64,000 nucleotides of DNA from an uncultured Spirochaetota bacterium (GTDB taxonomy: Bacteria > Spirochaetota > Brevinematia > Brevinematales > JAOACQ01): the NCBI GenBank assembly GCA_963783575.1, contig CAWAOD010000010.1, forward strand, positions 96,001 through 160,000, in the 5' to 3' direction. The position numbers and the translations under genes are program-made. Position 1 is the first letter of the stretch. Every line of letters starts with the position of its first letter. Of the stretch, positions 61,160 to 64,000 are shown one piece after another. Under the pieces are notes generated by a model that was not told the origin of the DNA, ran no database searches, and saw only the letters and a program-made list of their open reading frames with translations.

Positions 61160-63604
61160 TTAACCTAATATTACCTTAACTTTATGTTCTTTATTATCCT
61201 CAAAAACAGGTATAATATTCCCTTCAACAGTTGTATTATCAACAGAAATCGATTTTACCCCCTTTGAAACATGATTAGGATTCTTCACTTCAATTATAAA
61301 TGTCGCTTTTCTGAACTTACGGGTTATTGTAAAACCATCCCAATCTTCTGGTATGCATGGATCAATCTTCAAACCCTCAAAACCGGGCTGTACACCCAAT
61401 ATAAATTGCGAGACGGCAACATAATTAAGAGAAGCAGTTCCCGATAACCATGAATTCTTTGCTTCTCCATGCCTTACGGCATCTTTTCCGGCAATCATCT
61501 GAGAATAAATATAGGGTTCCATTTTATGAATTTCACTTATATCTTCAAGATATGACGGGGCTATTTTACTATAAACTTCGAATGCCCTATCACCCCTTCC
61601 TATCATAGTTTCCGCAATTGCTATCCAGGGGTTTGTATGGCAGAAAATTCCAGCGTTTTCTTTATATCCCGGAGGATAAGAAGAAATTTCTCCAAGATTG
61701 AGATAATATGTATGATATGCCGGATTCTGCAGTACAATGCCGTATTTGGTATCAAGCCTTTCTTTAACTGAATCAAGTGATTTCTTTGCGAGCCCTTCCT
61801 TTATTCCGATACCGGCCATAACACAAATGCCCTGAGTTTCTATAAATATCTGGCCTTCCTTGCATTCCTTACTGCCGATTTTCTTTCCGAAAGCATCATA
61901 AGCTCTTAAGAACCAGTCACCGTCATTACCGTATTTCATAGTTGTATCTATCATTATTCCCATTTCTTTTTCAGCCATCACAGCCTCATCGCTTAATTTC
62001 CTGATTTTGCAGAGTTTAACAAAATCATACCCGGTTAAAACAAATAATCCCGCGATAAATACCGATTCGGCAACATTACCGTCTTTAACATTATCGCATG
62101 TCTGATATGGTTCATTCGGTTCTTCAGAAAAACAGTTCAGGTTAAGACAATCGTTCCAATCAGCTCTGCCGATCAATGGTAAGCCATGAGGACCTTTATG
62201 TTCAACAACATGGTAAAACGATCTTTTCAAATGCTCGAATAATGATGCCTTATTTGATTCATTATTGTCGAACGGTACCTGCTCGTCAAGAATTGAAAAG
62301 TCCCCGGTTTCTTTGATATATGCGGTAGTCCCGGCAATCAGCCATAGAGGGTCATCATTAAAACCGCTGCCCACATCATTATTCCCTTTTTTCGTCAAAG
62401 GCTGATATTGGTGGTATGCGCTGCCATCCGCGAACTGAGTAGCGGCCAAATCCAAAATTCTTTCTTTTGCCCGATCAGGAATTTGATGAACAAATCCCAG
62501 CAAATCCTGATTGGAATCCCTGAACCCCATCCCTCTTCCGATCCCTGATTCAAAATATGAAGCGCTTCTTGACATATTAAAAGTAATCATACATTGATAA
62601 GGGTTCCAGATATTTACCATCCTGTTCAATTTTTCATCCGAAGTTTTCACCTGATAATTATTGAGAAGACTATCCCAATAAGCCTTTAATTCCTTTAATG
62701 CATTATCAACTGATATTACATCATTAAATTTTTTTATAAGGGCTTTTGCTTTGGTCTTATTTATTACATCCTGTCCAGCCCATTTTTGATCCTTTGGATT
62801 TTCAATATAGCCTAAATTAAAAATTAATATCTTTTCCTCACCCGGTTTTAGAGTCAATTTCAGGCAATGCGATGCTATAGGCGACCACCCGCTTGCCACT
62901 GAATTTTTTGATGCCCCGGCAATTACAGCCTGCGGTTCACCAAATCCATTATTCATTCCAATAAAACTGTCGCGGTCCGAATCAAATCCGTCAATTTTCT
63001 CATTTACCGAGTAAAATGCAAAGTGATTACGCCTTTCCCTATACTCAGTTTTATGATAAATTGTTGAATCTTCTATTTCAACTTCTCCCGTGTTTAAGTT
63101 CCTCTGAAAATTGGTCATATCATCAAGAGCATTCCATAAACAAAACTCAACAAAAGAAAATAATGAAAATGATTTGGTTTCAACTGAAACATTTCGAATA
63201 GTTATTTTATTAATTTCACAATCATCATGTAAAGGAACAAATACCAATTGATTAATCCTAATTCCATTCCTTTCACCGGTAATTGACGTATACCCCAATC
63301 CATGGCGGCATTCATAAAAAGAGAGGTCTTTTTTAACAGGTTTCCAACCAGGCGACCAGAAATCTCCTGTTTTATCATCGCGGACATAGAAATATCTTCC
63401 GCCGCTATCAAGAGGCACATTGTTATATCTGTATCTCGTAATTCTTCTTAATCTTGCGTCCTTATAAAAACTATAACCACCGGCAGTATTTGATATTATC
63501 GAAAAGAAATTCCGGGTGCCCAGATAATTAATCCATGGATATGGGGTTTGCGGTGTCGTAATAACATATTCTTTTCCGATATCATTAAAATAACCGTATT
63601 TCAT
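61160..63604 (-). CDS. GH94 glycoside phosphorylase (cellobiose phosphorylase-like)
   Basis: [49 protein letters not shown]. Confidence 0.93.
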   Translation of the reverse strand: MKYGYFNDIGKEYVITTPQTPYPWINYLGTRNFFSIISNTAGGYSFYKDARLRRITRYRYNNVPLDSGGRYFYVRDDKTGDFWSPGWKPVKKDLSFYECRHGLGYTSITGERNGIRINQLVFVPLHDDCEINKITIRNVSVETKSFSLFSFVEFCLWNALDDMTNFQRNLNTGEVEIEDSTIYHKTEYRERRNHFAFYSVNEKIDGFDSDRDSFIGMNNGFGEPQAVIAGASKNSVASGWSPIASHCLKLTLKPGEEKILIFNLGYIENPKDQKWAGQDVINKTKAKALIKKFNDVISVDNALKELKAYWDSLLNNYQVKTSDEKLNRMVNIWNPYQCMITFNMSRSASYFESGIGRGMGFRDSNQDLLGFVHQIPDRAKERILDLAATQFADGSAYHQYQPLTKKGNNDVGSGFNDDPLWLIAGTTAYIKETGDFSILDEQVPFDNNESNKASLFEHLKRSFYHVVEHKGPHGLPLIGRADWNDCLNLNCFSEEPNEPYQTCDNVKDGNVAESVFIAGLFVLTGYDFVKLCKIRKLSDEAVMAEKEMGIMIDTTMKYGNDGDWFLRAYDAFGKKIGSKECKEGQIFIETQGICVMAGIGIKEGLAKKSLDSVKERLDTKYGIVLQNPAYHTYYLNLGEISSYPPGYKENAGIFCHTNPWIAIAETMIGRGDRAFEVYSKIAPSYLEDISEIHKMEPYIYSQMIAGKDAVRHGEAKNSWLSGTASLNYVAVSQFILGVQPGFEGLKIDPCIPEDWDGFTITRKFRKATFIIEVKNPNHVSKGVKSISVDNTTVEGNIIPVFEDNKEHKVKVILG

Positions 63605-63746
63605 AAATTTTCTCCTTATTCTAAATAAAACGTCTTCCTGAATTGTATACAATTTACATAATAAAAATATAATAATTACAGTTCAGCAAAAGACAACTTT
63701 TCAATATAGAATTGTTTTAATGATCAGTTATAATCCAAGGATTATC

Positions 63747-64000
63747 TTATAATCCAAGGATTATTTCAATTTTATGAATTTTATTATCTTTAAAATCAGG
63801 AATAATGGAACCACTATTTTCTTTTCCATCAACAATCACTGATTTAACTCCTTTTGAAATATGGTCTGGATTCCGAACTTCTATATCATAAGTAGAATTC
63901 CTGAAATGCCTTTTGACTTTAAAATTTTCCCAATTTCTTGGTATGCATGGATCGATTTTAAGTCCCTTATATGACGGCATAATACCCAGAATATATTTGG
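63747..64000 (-). CDS. C-terminal end of a second GH94 phosphorylase (runs off the window)
   Basis: [28 protein letters not shown], paralogous to the C terminus of 61160-63604. Confidence 0.85.
   Translation of the reverse strand, partial: KYILGIMPSYKGLKIDPCIPRNWENFKVKRHFRNSTYDIEVRNPDHISKGVKSVIVDGKENSGSIIPDFKDNKIHKIEIILGL

Overview
Low-GC bacterial chromosomal segment, most likely from a spirochaete (inferred from the cheA-cheW-cheX-cheY cassette and BesA-like efflux adaptors lacking the alpha-hairpin). In order it holds: TetR-TolC-MFP-RND with a tandem second MFP-RND copy; a small accessory patch with a GNAT gene split by a 148-bp MITE; tlyA-apbE preceded by two unannotated membrane microproteins; two large convergent surface lipoproteins separated by a REP/MITE-rich spacer; FprA, a DMT/NIPA-like transporter and tag; a 14-gene minus-strand run joining an MCP-less chemotaxis cassette to a ROK kinase, an apparently dead GH13 amylase, a degenerate HD-GYP protein, TPR proteins and a sensor-less sigma54 activator; fapR-fabH; a vor-type oxidoreductase; a protein with three FliG-C-like repeats; icd; an ECF sigma/CBM48-like anti-sigma pair with a duplicated ECF-type promoter and a candidate sRNA; divergent groEL and groES; a GT2; leuB; and two GH94 phosphorylases. 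About six short frameshifts in otherwise intact genes look like assembly indels. I saw no rRNA, tRNA, CRISPR array or intact transposase. All family calls come from motif recognition by eye; no database search was run.
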